A stretch of DNA of 64,000 nucleotides from Rebecca billardiae RCC1528 (taxonomy: Eukaryota; Protista; Haptophyta): the NCBI GenBank assembly GCA_965240325.2, contig OZ251222.1:868001-932000 (forward strand), given 5' to 3'. The position numbers and the translations under genes are program-made. Shown piece by piece: positions 1-10,513 of the stretch. The notes under the pieces are model-generated. The model saw only the letters and a program-made list of their open reading frames with translations. It did no database searches and was not told the DNA's origin. Position 1 is the stretch's first letter, and every line of letters begins with the position of its first letter.

Positions 1-1482
1 CGCAGGGCGGTGAGCGGCGCGCGCGTCATCGCGTGCAACGCCGCCTCAGACGCCTGCCTCCTCGAGATCAGCGAGCCCATCCCGCCCGAGTTCAACGTCT
101 TCTACAACGGGTGGGACGCTCGGCGCAACAGCTCGGCGCCGGCAGCCACGACCGGTCTGCACCATCCGAGCGGCGATGTGATGAAGGTCTCGCACGACTG
201 GGACCCGCCGACGCTCTCGGGGGAGTTCCTGCGCGTGATGGACTGGGACGTGGGCACGACCGAGCCCGGCTCGTCCGGCTCCGCGCTCTTCGACCCCGAG
301 CAGCGCGTGATTGGCCAGCTGTACGGCGGGATGGCGGCGTGCGGCAACGACGCGCACGACGACTACGGCGCCATGGCGGCGAGCTTCCCGACGCTCCGTG
401 CCGCGCTCGCGCCGGACGGCAGCGAGTACGCCGATGGGCACTTTGCTCGGAGCATCCGCATCTCACTGGACGACGACGTGCACGTCTGCACGGCGCACGC
501 GGCCGAGGCGCGCATCAGCGTCGAGGTCGCGCTCGACGCGGACGTTGCGCAGGGCACCACGCTGCATGCTCGGATGCCAGTGGGCGGCGCAGCAGGCGAC
601 GTGGGCACCGACGCCGCGCAGCCGCCGCGCGTCGCGCTGCTTCCGAGCGCGTGGATCGGCGCGCCGGGCAGCGGTCGGCGCGAGCTCGTGCTTAGCGGGC
701 TCGACCAGGCCGCCGCCGGCGTGCACGAGGTGGAGGTGGTCGTCAGCACAGCCGATGCCAATCTCACGGCAGCCGCTGATCTCGATGTGACGATTTGGCA
801 CCGCCCGCCAGGCGCGCCGGTGCACGTGTCGCCAAGCGACGGCGCCGACGCGTTGACGCAGGCACCCATCCTGGCGTGGGCGGCCGTCCCCGGCGCGCAC
901 GCGTACGAGCTCGAGGTCGCCGCGTCGCAGCTCTTCGCCGACGGGCAGCTGCTGTGGGCTGAGCGCACAAGCGGCACCTCCGCGCAGCTGCCTGATGCCG
1001 TGTTCGGGGCGGCCAAGCGCTTCTACTGGCGCGTGCGCGCAATCAACGTGTGCGGCGAGGGCGCGGCGACGAGGCCCAGCGCATTCAGCGCGCTGAGTGG
1101 CAGCACGGTGCGCGTGAGCATCACGCCAGACAACTGGCCCGCTGAGACCTCCTGGGAGCTGCGACAGGGCGGCAAGCTCGTCGCAAACGGTGGCGCCGGG
1201 GTGCGTGACGTGATCGTTCGCCGCAGCGCTTCATGCTTCACGTTCGTCATCCGCGACGCGTTTCGAGACGGGATCTGCTGCACGCACGGGCGCGGTAGCT
1301 ACCAGGTGCGGTACGATGGCGCGCTCGTCGGCAACGGCGCCGAGTTTGGCGAGCAGGAGAAGCTCTCTTGGTGCGTGGCTGGAGACGGCGCACTGAAGGG
1401 CGTGCGTGGCCGCGATGACGACCGGTGGTCGAGCGCGCCGCCATCACTCCCCGAGGTGAGGACAAAGATCGGACGGCGGTGA
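1..1482 (+). CDS. Lysyl endopeptidase-like (Achromobacter protease I type, S1) serine protease with Ig/FN3-like and C-terminal Cys-containing domains; 5' truncated by window edge
   Basis: Frame open from base 1; motifs VFYNGWD, LHHPSGDVMKVS, WDVGTTEPGSSGSALF (catalytic Ser), VIGQLYGG; FN3-like YWRVRAINVCG; C-terminal TPDNWPAETSW...FVIRDAFRDGICC..G.GSY module. Confidence 0.8.
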   Translation, partial: RRAVSGARVIACNAASDACLLEISEPIPPEFNVFYNGWDARRNSSAPAATTGLHHPSGDVMKVSHDWDPPTLSGEFLRVMDWDVGTTEPGSSGSALFDPEQRVIGQLYGGMAACGNDAHDDYGAMAASFPTLRAALAPDGSEYADGHFARSIRISLDDDVHVCTAHAAEARISVEVALDADVAQGTTLHARMPVGGAAGDVGTDAAQPPRVALLPSAWIGAPGSGRRELVLSGLDQAAAGVHEVEVVVSTADANLTAAADLDVTIWHRPPGAPVHVSPSDGADALTQAPILAWAAVPGAHAYELEVAASQLFADGQLLWAERTSGTSAQLPDAVFGAAKRFYWRVRAINVCGEGAATRPSAFSALSGSTVRVSITPDNWPAETSWELRQGGKLVANGGAGVRDVIVRRSASCFTFVIRDAFRDGICCTHGRGSYQVRYDGALVGNGAEFGEQEKLSWCVAGDGALKGVRGRDDDRWSSAPPSLPEVRTKIGRR

Positions 1483-1620
1483 CGTACCGTAGCATACGAC
1501 GTTACTATTGCTGTATCTTGATACCATCACTCATCACGAATCATCAGCTATGCATACGACATTTCTATACGCGATTTATTCAGATTCTATATGCTGCTCG
1601 CCGGCCGCCCTGAGGGCAGG

Positions 1621-2850
1621 CTACTCCTCAGACTCAGGGTCCGAGTGCACTGGTTGGTCAGTCCAGTAGGTGAGGTCGACTCCGCTCCCCGGTCCCGCCC
1701 AGCGCGAGAGCGTGCGCGCCTCGAGACCAAAGTCGTGATGAGCGTACGACCACGGGCGGTGCGAGTCTGTGACGCGCGCGTCGACGGTTTCGTTCTCCCA
1801 GTAATGATATGGCGTCCGCATGGCGAGATCGCCCTCGCCGCCGCTGAGCTTGTGCACGTCCTCATCGCGCAGCAAGAAGCCAAAGGCATCTACTGACCTG
1901 CAGTTCACCAGCGCGTGCGTGAGCGCTTCGACGCCGAACGTGGGCTCGAACGGCTTCAAGCCGCGCGCGTGGATCGAGTCGATGACGTCGGCCTCGTCGA
2001 AGAGCGCGTTGACGCACGCTTTGCGGAAGTCGGAGCCGCCCTTGGCCACGCGCGCGCCCTTGGGCAGCGTGGACTCCAGCAGTCGAACATCCACCGTCCC
2101 GCCACCGCTCACGAGCACCGCGCCACCTACGTCGGCGCCACCGGGGAAGGCGTCGACGGGGAAGTCACTGGGATCGTCCGATCGGCCACGCCGAGTGTGC
2201 TCCCAGTCCCGAGCCCGCTTCGTCCACTCCATGCTGCTCGGCACATTGGCAAACCTCACGTCGGTTCGTGCGCCGACCATCCGCTCCCAGCCCGTGGTCG
2301 GGCACTTATTCACGCGGAAGACGACATCGGCCGCGTCGATCTGCGGCCCCCGCGGAACCTCGGCGAGGATGCCGCTCCCGCCAACAACAGCGCACTTCCC
2401 CAGGAGCGCGCCATCGGCCGCGAGCCCGAGCAGCTGTGGCACGCCTGAGAGCTGCCGGCAGTGTGAGCGCAGCGTGTGGTTGGCGAGCAGCTGCGCCATC
2501 GTCACGCCTGTCGGCCGGTACCAGAGCGCCATCTGGAAGGCGTTGCCGCGTACGACGTTCCAATCGAACGTGGCGTGCGCGCCTCGGCTCGGCAACGCCT
2601 GCTCCTGCGTGCTCGGCGCTGCGATCGGCGCCAGCGCCGGCTCTGGCGGCGACTCCGGCCCATCCTGCGCCGAGGGCTCGTCCAAGCCGTCAGCCTGCGC
2701 ATCCGTGGCGGGCTCATCAGCGTCTGCTTCCTCTTCACGGATCATGCGCAGCACAAAGCGCGTATAGCACACGCCCCAGATGAGCAGAAAGAGGAACGCG
2801 AAGCACACATAGGTGGGCTTTCGCCTGCGCGCGCGCGAGAGCGCCGCCAT
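1621..2850 (-). CDS. GT29 sialyltransferase-like glycosyltransferase (type II membrane protein)
   Basis: N-terminal basic stretch + TM; sialylmotif L (CAVVGGSGIL...GPQIDAADVVFRVN...VGARTDVRFAN), motif S (PTFGVEAL...CRSVDAFGF), motif III (HYWE), VS (HDFGLE). Confidence 0.9.
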   Translation of the reverse strand: MAALSRARRRKPTYVCFAFLFLLIWGVCYTRFVLRMIREEEADADEPATDAQADGLDEPSAQDGPESPPEPALAPIAAPSTQEQALPSRGAHATFDWNVVRGNAFQMALWYRPTGVTMAQLLANHTLRSHCRQLSGVPQLLGLAADGALLGKCAVVGGSGILAEVPRGPQIDAADVVFRVNKCPTTGWERMVGARTDVRFANVPSSMEWTKRARDWEHTRRGRSDDPSDFPVDAFPGGADVGGAVLVSGGGTVDVRLLESTLPKGARVAKGGSDFRKACVNALFDEADVIDSIHARGLKPFEPTFGVEALTHALVNCRSVDAFGFLLRDEDVHKLSGGEGDLAMRTPYHYWENETVDARVTDSHRPWSYAHHDFGLEARTLSRWAGPGSGVDLTYWTDQPVHSDPESEE

Positions 2851-3020
2851 CGTGAAAAACGCGCGGCGCCTCCGCCCGCGGGCGGGCGCCGGAGAGTCTG
2901 AAATCCACGTGGTCCCGATCTGGAGCAGTGGGAGATCGCGGAGTCACAGGCAACCCAACAGCCTCTGGAGCTCATCAAAGACAACAATTACTGCAGGACT
3001 GCTGCATCGTGGCCGTCGAC

Positions 3021-3788
3021 ATGACGAACCGGGGCGCCAGCGTGCGCCGCATGGCGCTCCTGCTTGCCGTCGTTCTCGTGAGCGGCGGATGGGCCACCTC
3101 GCCCCCGTCGCCCCCCTCCGAGACGTCCGAGGTTTCAGCCGAGGCGCCGGAGAAGCCCAAGCTCGACGACCGTGATCCAGCCGAGGTGGCGTCGGAAGCC
3201 GTGGAGGCCGCGAACGCGGCTGCCGAGGAGGTCGCCGCCCACGAGGAGCCCGCGAAGAAGGAGGCAGCGCCGCGCGACGTGTTCACCGGCCACCCAGTCG
3301 ACGGCTCCAAGCGCTACGCCAAGGAGAAGAGCGGCACCGCGTCGATGCAGTGGGTGATCACCAAGTCGATGCGCCGCGAGCTGAGCGGCCTCGGGTACAC
3401 CGGCGACGAGGTGGAAAACCTCGACCCGCAGCGCGCGGCGCAGATCATCAAGCTCAAAATCCAGCGCCCGACGCGCGGGATGCCCGACCGCTGGCGTAAG
3501 GACTACAACACCTCGCCCGTGCTCACGCTGCTGCGCAACGCCAAGGCGGCCGGGGTGCCAGTGCTGCTCGCCGCGCTCGCCATCTGGGGCGTGAGCATGA
3601 TGGGCGGAGGTGGGGGCGCGCCCGCCGCCAGCTCGCGCGCGCACATGTCGCGCGTTGTGGAGCCTTCGGACGTCGACAAGTTCGTCCCCGCGCCCGACCG
3701 GCTGTGGCTCGACGTGCAGATCGATCGGATCGAGTGGTGGTGGCGCCAGCGCGCCGCGGCTCGCCGCCGATCAGCTGCCAAGAAGTGA
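3021..3788 (+). CDS. Hypothetical protein with signal peptide and C-terminal TM segment
   Basis: ATG at 3021, strong GC3 codon bias, hydrophobic leader, globular-looking segment MQWVITKSMRRELSGLGY..EVENLDPQRAAQII, second hydrophobic segment. Confidence 0.7.
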   Translation: MTNRGASVRRMALLLAVVLVSGGWATSPPSPPSETSEVSAEAPEKPKLDDRDPAEVASEAVEAANAAAEEVAAHEEPAKKEAAPRDVFTGHPVDGSKRYAKEKSGTASMQWVITKSMRRELSGLGYTGDEVENLDPQRAAQIIKLKIQRPTRGMPDRWRKDYNTSPVLTLLRNAKAAGVPVLLAALAIWGVSMMGGGGGAPAASSRAHMSRVVEPSDVDKFVPAPDRLWLDVQIDRIEWWWRQRAAARRRSAAKK

Positions 3789-4602
3789 CCTTGACATGCT
3801 TCAGGTCAGGTACACGTGCCCCTGGCGACATGCCCATGCGAATCTGCGAGACCGTGCTCCGCCCAACCGACGCCCGTTGCTCTCTCGCTACGACTGTAAG
3901 CTGCCCACAATGTGCGTCCGCATTCGGTCAGCAGTCTGACGATGCAGTGCCAGTGGCCCATCTCGGAGCTAAGCCGCAGTATTAACTCCGATATATTTGA
4001 CAGAGAGGGATTCATCAGTGTCCTGTAGACCTGGACTCACTCACTCAGAGCAGGGCGGACACCATACGCCGCGCAGCCGACGCAGGGCCTCTGTCATCTG
4101 GTAGCGGTAATAAGCGGCGCGCACGGGTCTAATATCGTAGTATATAGTTATTGATGTAATTGACTGTCATGCCCGCATCGGACGGCATCGGTGCCACGAC
4201 CGGACGACTCTACACTCACTCACAGCAGACTACAGTCTATACTGCTGACTGAGACTGCGCTGACGACTCCGATAAATAATCAAATGTACGTAATAATCGG
4301 CACCGCGCGAGCATCCCGCGTCCCGGACTCTGCGCCACTCCGAGTTGTCAGTCGACTGACGCGTGACTCGCCACTCGGTCTCGGTGTATTCGGACTTCGG
4401 TGACATTACAAGTTGTAGTTTGATACAAGGACTAGAGAGTAGCTTAAGGCCGTGAGTAGTCCTGAGACACTAGTCTGTAACTAAGGAGAGCAGAATCTGC
4501 AGAATACGACGACGCGCTAGTCACGGTAGCTGCTACATACGGACGTACGGTAACGGTGAAGCCGTGTGAGTGACTGAGCACAGCGGTATACTCAGTAGCT
4601 TA

Positions 4603-4643
<41 letters not shown>
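4603..4643. repeat. (CTAT)n microsatellite
   Basis: ~10 tandem CTAT units. Confidence 0.95.
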
Positions 4644-4813
4644 ATCTATATGTGTGTAATATATGCGCGCAGGCTGCGTACGGTACGTCGCCGACGCCGT
4701 GGACTGAGTGGTGAGTGGACCGGTGGAGAAGCGTCACTAGCTAACTACAGTACTACTGTTACGGTTAGCAGTGACGCTGCCACTGCACGTCGCATCGTGC
4801 GTTGCGCAGCACA

Positions 4814-6092
4814 TCAGCTCGCGCGGCGCGGCGGGGGCGGCCCGCGGTGATGGTCGGCGCGGGGCCCGTGGTTGTTGATGATCATCGGTGGCGAATTCGC
4901 CTCGTCAATCACCTGCTTGGCCTGTCCCCACAGAATCATGGACACGCGGCCCGGGTCGCCGTGCCGCTCTGGCGGGAGTGCGTTCACGCCGTGCTTCCAC
5001 TTGATCTGCGCAGGGTTGCGCGTGAGGGCAGGCGGGCAAGTCGCGTGAGCGGGGTGGACGCGCGGCAGGAGGCCCAGCTGGGCCGCTGGGCCGCCGGTCC
5101 GACGCAGCCGCGGGCCCCGCGCGCACATTCACGTCCCGGCCGAAGGCATACAGCGAGCCGTTCGGGCACGGCAGGTAGACGGTCGTGCCCGTCTCCGCGT
5201 GCAGGAACGCGAGCTCGCGCTCGGCGCCGAAGCTGATGCCGATGGTCAGGTTCTGCGTCTTGGCGCGCTCGGGGTTGAACGCCGCCGAGTCGTGGTGGAA
5301 CGGCTTCCAGTCGCTGCCGTCCACGTACCAGTTGAACCTCGTCGCCTTCGGGTTGGGCTCGACGCCAAAGTAGTCCGCCATCGCGGTGAGGACGGACGTG
5401 AACTCCGGGTTGCGCCGGCCGAGCGCGCGCGTGATGAGGTGGCAGCCCTCGTGCCACGGCATCCACTCGGTGCGCTCGCCACGCTGCCCGCGCGCGGCGA
5501 GCTCGGCGTGCTCCGCGCGCGCCTCCGCCACCAGCCGCTCGTACACGGAGAGGTCGTCGGCGGCACAGTAGAAGTTGGGCACGATGATCACGTCGTCGTG
5601 CTTCATCGGCAGTGGGTACGGTCCGCGGGGCGGGCCGACGCGGATGCGCAGGTCGGGGCGGATGAGCGTGCTCGCGGGGTCGAACGACTCGGTGTTGCGC
5701 CCCTTGCGCGACGGGGCGGGCTTCTTGCCGCCGCGCGGGTCATCGTCGTGAGGCTTGGCCTTGGGCACCGGCTGCGGGCCGCGCGCGTCCGCGCGGCGGT
5801 TGTACTCGTCGTCGAAGCGGCGCTCGCGGGGAGGGGGGGCTCCGAAGCGGCGGCTGTCGCGCTCGCCGAGGCGCGCACGCAGGTCGTTCGGCGGCGGGCC
5901 ACTGTACCGCTGCCGCTGAGCGGAGCGCGAGCGCGAGCGCGAGCGACGCGGCGAGCGAGAGCGGGAGCGAGAGCGTGACCGTGATCGTGAGCGCCGACCG
6001 TGGCCTGCGTGCCGTCCGCCCCTTCCGCCCCAGTACGCGTCCATGTCGTCGTCCAGCGAGCCACGATCGCCGCGTCGATGCTCGCGCCCCAT
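4814..6092 (-). CDS. AlkB-like 2OG-Fe(II) dioxygenase with N-terminal RS-rich domain; 2 exons (6092-5127, 5005-4814)
   Basis: ATG 6092; RSRSRS tract; TRFNWY..GSDWKPFHHD (HxD), TIGISFGAERELAF, then after GT-AG intron 5006-5126: IKWKHGV (His) ...GRVSMILWG (Arg). Confidence 0.85.
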
Positions 6093-6265
6093 GCTCCCAG
6101 CCGTGCGATGCGCGTGTGCGTGGACTCCCTCGCGTGGCACACGAGCCGCCCTCGGTCGGCGCGCCCGCTGGAGCTCGACCAAACGGTCTTCGCTGGAGTG
6201 GTGTAGCACCCGCGTCCCGCACGGCAATGATGACAGCGCGTGCCAGGCTGAGGTGTCCGGGCGTG

Positions 6266-8684
6266 ATGTCGGACAAGTCCGCCGCGGCGAAGGCTGGGAA
6301 GGCGTCGAAGAAGGCGGAGAAGGCGGCGGCGGAGGCCGCGCGCAAAGCCGAGCGTGATCGCATGATGATGCTTCCCGACGGCAGTGACGGCGATGGCGAC
6401 GATGACGACGGTGATGGCGCGGGCGGCCGCGCCGGCGCGGCGGCCCCGAAGCAGCCGTCGAGCACAGACAAGTTTGGCAACACTCTGAGCAAGGCAGAGC
6501 GTGAGAAGTCGGCGAAGGAGGCCGAGCTAGACCGCATGCGAGCCGAGGCCAAAGCGCGCCGCGAGGCCAAAGCGGCCGAGCGCGCCGCCGCTGAGGCGGA
6601 CGGCGGTGGTGATCTCGAGGACCTGAGTGCCAAGCGTGAGGTGGAGGCGGCCGCGCTGCGCGCCAAGGCGGCGGCGGGTGGCAAGCTGAGCAGCAAGGAG
6701 AAGAAGCTGCTGAAGCAGATCGAGACCCGCGAGGCGCTCGCCGAGGCCGAGACCGCCGAGGTCGATGTCGGCCTGAGCGCGTTCTCACTGGCCGTGCGAG
6801 GCGCGAGCGCGGACGACGGCGTGGCCGACGCGGACGCCGTCTCAGCGACGGACATCATCGTGCCTTGCTTCTCGATCACGGCGCCCGCGCGCACGCTCTT
6901 CGCCGACGCGTCGCTGCGGCTGGCCAGTGGCCGGCGGTACGGCCTCCTCGGGCCGAACGGCCACGGCAAGTCGACGCTGCTGCGCTTCCTCGCCGCGCGC
7001 CGGCTCCCCGTGCCACCGGGCGTCGATGTGCTGCACGTCGAGCAGGAGGTGGCGGCCGCCGACACGCCGGTGCACGAGCAGGTGGTCGCGGCGAACGCGA
7101 GGCGCGCGGCGCTGCTTGCGGAGGAGTCCGCGCTCTCGGCGAGCATGGACGCGGCCGAGCTCGCGGACCAGTGGTCCGCCGAGCAGTGGGCGTCCGCCCT
7201 GAAGCGTCTGGAAGAGCTCGGCGCCGAGCTGGACGCTATCGGCGCGGACGCTGCCGAGCCCGAGGCTCGCCGCATCCTCGCCGGGCTGGGCTTCACGCAG
7301 GCGATGCAGGACGCGGGCTCGCGCGCGCTGTCGGGCGGCTGGAGGATGCGCGTCGCGCTCGCGCGCGCTCTCTTTGTCGCGCCCAAGCTGCTGCTCCTCG
7401 TGCGTGCGTGCGCGCGCGCGCGCGCACATGCCCTCTGCACCAAGCTCCGCGCGCACGAGACGCACGCGCACGCGCACGCGCCTCCCGAGCCGTGCGTGCC
7501 CTCGCCGCGCCCGCCTCGCGCAGGACGAGCCGACGAACCACCTCGACCTCGACGCCGTGCTCTGGCTCTCGGACCACCTCGCGCACCGGTGGAAGGGCAC
7601 CGTCCTCGCCGTCTCGCACGACCTCGACTTCCTCTCCGAGGTGTGCACCGACCTTGTGCACCTCGACGCCGCCAAGCTGCATCACTTTGGCGGCTCGATC
7701 GACCGGTTCGGCGAGATGCGGCGGCAGCTCGAGGCGAAGAAGCAGAAGGACTACGCGCTGCAGCAGAAGACGCTGAAGGAGCTCAAGCAGAAGGGCGGCG
7801 GCCTCTCGAACGAGAAGGCCGTCAAGCAGATGCTCAGCAAGCTGCAGATGCCGACTCTGCTCGAGCGGCCTCGCGAGTACCAGGTGAAGTTCGCTCTGCA
7901 GTCGCCCGACGACGGCGACGGCGCTGTCTCGGTGCAGGACGTGCACTTCGGGTACGCGAAGCGCTCGCTCTTCCGCGGTGTGTCCTTCCGCCTGGACGGC
8001 TCCTCGCGCGTCGCGCTCGTCGGCGCGAACGGCTCGGGCAAGACGACGCTCGCGCGGCTGATCGCCGGCGCGCTCGAGCCGAGCGCGGGCGAGGTGGCGC
8101 AAACGCGCCGGCTGCGGCTCGGGCAGTACCACCAGCACTTCGACGAGCTGCTGCCCGCCGGACTCTCGCCGGTCGAGTACCTGCGCTCGGCGTACGAGCT
8201 CGACGAGCAGGAGGCGCGCAAGTCGCTCGGCATGTTCGGGCTCGACGGCGCGCGCCACCTCATCAAGATCGGCGAGCTGAGCGGCGGGCAGAAGGCGCGC
8301 GTCGTGTTTGCGAGCCTCGCGCTCAAGCGGCCACACGTGCTGCTGCTCGACGAGCCCACAAACCACCTCGACCTCGAGTCGGTCGAGGCGCTGATCGACG
8401 GGCTGAAGGCGTTCACGGGCGGCGTGCTGCTCATCTCGCACGACGCACGCCTCATCAGCGCGCTCGAGTGCGAGCTGTGGGTGTGCGGCGAGGGCGAGAC
8501 CGGCGTGCGCGTCGAGCGGCGCGGCTTTGACCGATACCGCTCGGACATCCTCAAGGCGGTGGAGCAGCGCGCGCAGGAGGCGGCGCAGGCCGCGGAGGAG
8601 CGCGCCGCGCGGCAGCGCGCCGCGAGGATGGAGCGCCTCCGGCAGCGCAAGCAGCAGCGCGGGGGCAAGCCGTCGGAGGGCTGA
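6266..8684 (+). CDS. ABC-F family ATPase (ABCF1/GCN20-like, no TM domains); intron 7400-7523
   Basis: Two NBDs: GPNGHGKST / LSGGWRMR / LLLL^DEPTNHLD and GANGSGKTT / LSGGQKAR / LLLDEPTNHLD; 124-nt GT..CAG intron restores the Walker B; alternative ATG at 6227. Confidence 0.92.
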
Positions 8685-9211
8685 TTCTAGCCGGCTGCGC
8701 AGCGTCGAAGGCCATCATCCTCTCGTGAGCCGGTGCGGGTCGGCACTGCGGGCCGCTCGGGCTGGCAATGTGGCAGCTCGGTCTCGGCTCAGCTGATGTC
8801 GTCATTTGCGCCCGGCGGCGGGGGTCGTCGTATACGGCGTGCGCTGCCTAAACGACGTATAGCGGTACCTAAGTTACGACTGACATGATCCTACGACATC
8901 ACTCATCAGCACAGCACTCAGCAGCGGCGAAGTATTAGCTTATAGCAGTATACTCTCGAGAATCATCCGATGGCATACTTGATTGCCACATCTGGTACGA
9001 CACCAGTGACACATCTGGTACACTGACAGTCCGCGGACTCGGGGCGCACTCTGCTGCAGTCTCGGGCACGCGTGACGGGCGACTGCCCTCGCCTGCACTG
9101 GCCTTGTATCGCGGCTGGCCCCTCCCATGTATCGCCGCCCGGGAGCTGATACCCGCCGCGCCGTCAGTGCTGGTCGGCGTATCTGCGCAGGGGTCGGGCT
9201 GCCCGCAACTC

Positions 9212-9640
9212 TTATTCGTCCATGGGCTGTGGCGCCGGCTCTCCTACACTGGGCACGTTGGTCGCAGTGGGCGTGTCCACGGCTGACGAGCCCGCGTTCA
9301 GAGCCGGCATCCACACTGCAGCGCTCTCCCTGAGGAACTTCTTCGCGTCCTCGCCGTGCGCCAGATCGCCCTCCACCTCGTCGAGTCGAGCTTCGATGTG
9401 TCGGAGGTGGCTCGCCGTCTGCTGAAGCGATGCATCGGCGCCATCTCCGTCACCAACATCCTGCGCCTCTTGCGCTGCCAACTCGGACGCGGCGGCCTTC
9501 ACGCGCGAATCGCGCTGGGCCAGGGTGTCTTTGAGCAGAGCAATCTTGGAGCGGATCTCGGGGTCGGGCGCGCCGGTCTCCTGCTCGAAGCTGGCCGCTA
9601 TGGATTCCAAATAAGCAATCAGCTGCTCGGCTTCCGCCAT
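9212..9640 (-). CDS. Small hypothetical coiled-coil protein (142 aa)
   Basis: ATG-initiated ORF with helical, charged, non-shadow amino-acid composition. Confidence 0.6.
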   Translation of the reverse strand: MAEAEQLIAYLESIAASFEQETGAPDPEIRSKIALLKDTLAQRDSRVKAAASELAAQEAQDVGDGDGADASLQQTASHLRHIEARLDEVEGDLAHGEDAKKFLRESAAVWMPALNAGSSAVDTPTATNVPSVGEPAPQPMDE

Positions 9641-10513
9641 CGTTGCGCTCGCTCCGGCCTCCGCCGTACGTCTTCACGGGGCGCGCGGTGAAGACTGAAG
9701 ACTGATGCCGAGAGTTAAAAAAAGGGAGTCCAGGGTGGCTCCGCAACAGCCTACTACTACAAGCAAGGGCGGTACTACAGTACAAGCCAGTGCGGAGGAC
9801 CTCGCCCTCCCGCTCGGCTGACGTGGTCGGTGCCTACCTCGCGGCGCCCCCTGGCCTTGCTGCGCACCCGTACGGTGTTGGTCTGGCACCGCGTCTGACT
9901 CCTGCCGTGGGAGCGCTGCTGGCGGTCCTGACGTGAGCCGGAGTGCGGCCGCGGTCCGCATGGACCTGCGGCGCTGGGGCCAGAGGATGCCATGGATGGC
10001 GAGTCGAGATCTGTGGTGGGGGATGAGATGGCTTTGCGATATGAGGCTGTGACGGCTGCGTGCAGACACGCTAGCCTGGTGTACGGTACACACACACACA
10101 GATATACATATTCGCGGTGATGCGGACCCCGTACACTGTGGGCTGTGGCCCTGAGTTCTCAACCTTGGCGCTCTTTATACTATCACCGCGAATCCGTAGA
10201 CTGTCAGTGTCAAGCGGACCGTAGGCTCTATCGGTTCAATTGCTCTGCCGCATCATTCATCACCGCTCAATCACCAGCTGAATAGCACAATAATAAGCAC
10301 TAGCAGCAGCCGCACGGCTGATCGAATGGCGCGGTAGACGTAGGACTTGGCACTACGTCTACGTTATTCTACGTAGTGCGGGCGCGGCTGTACGGCCGCT
10401 ACGGTCTGACGAGTACGGAGAAAGCAGCATCGATCAGTAGCAGTCAGTGATCGGCAGCAGGCGCCGAAATAGCAGCTGTCGTCATCATCAGAAAGTGGCA
10501 AGTGGCGCACGTC

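Noticed and set aside
4905-8530. Long overlapping ORFs (4905-6788, 5740-7443, 5975-8530) as separate genes
   Set aside because: Antisense shadows or intron read-through in very high-GC DNA; spliced AlkB and ABC-F models explain the motifs.
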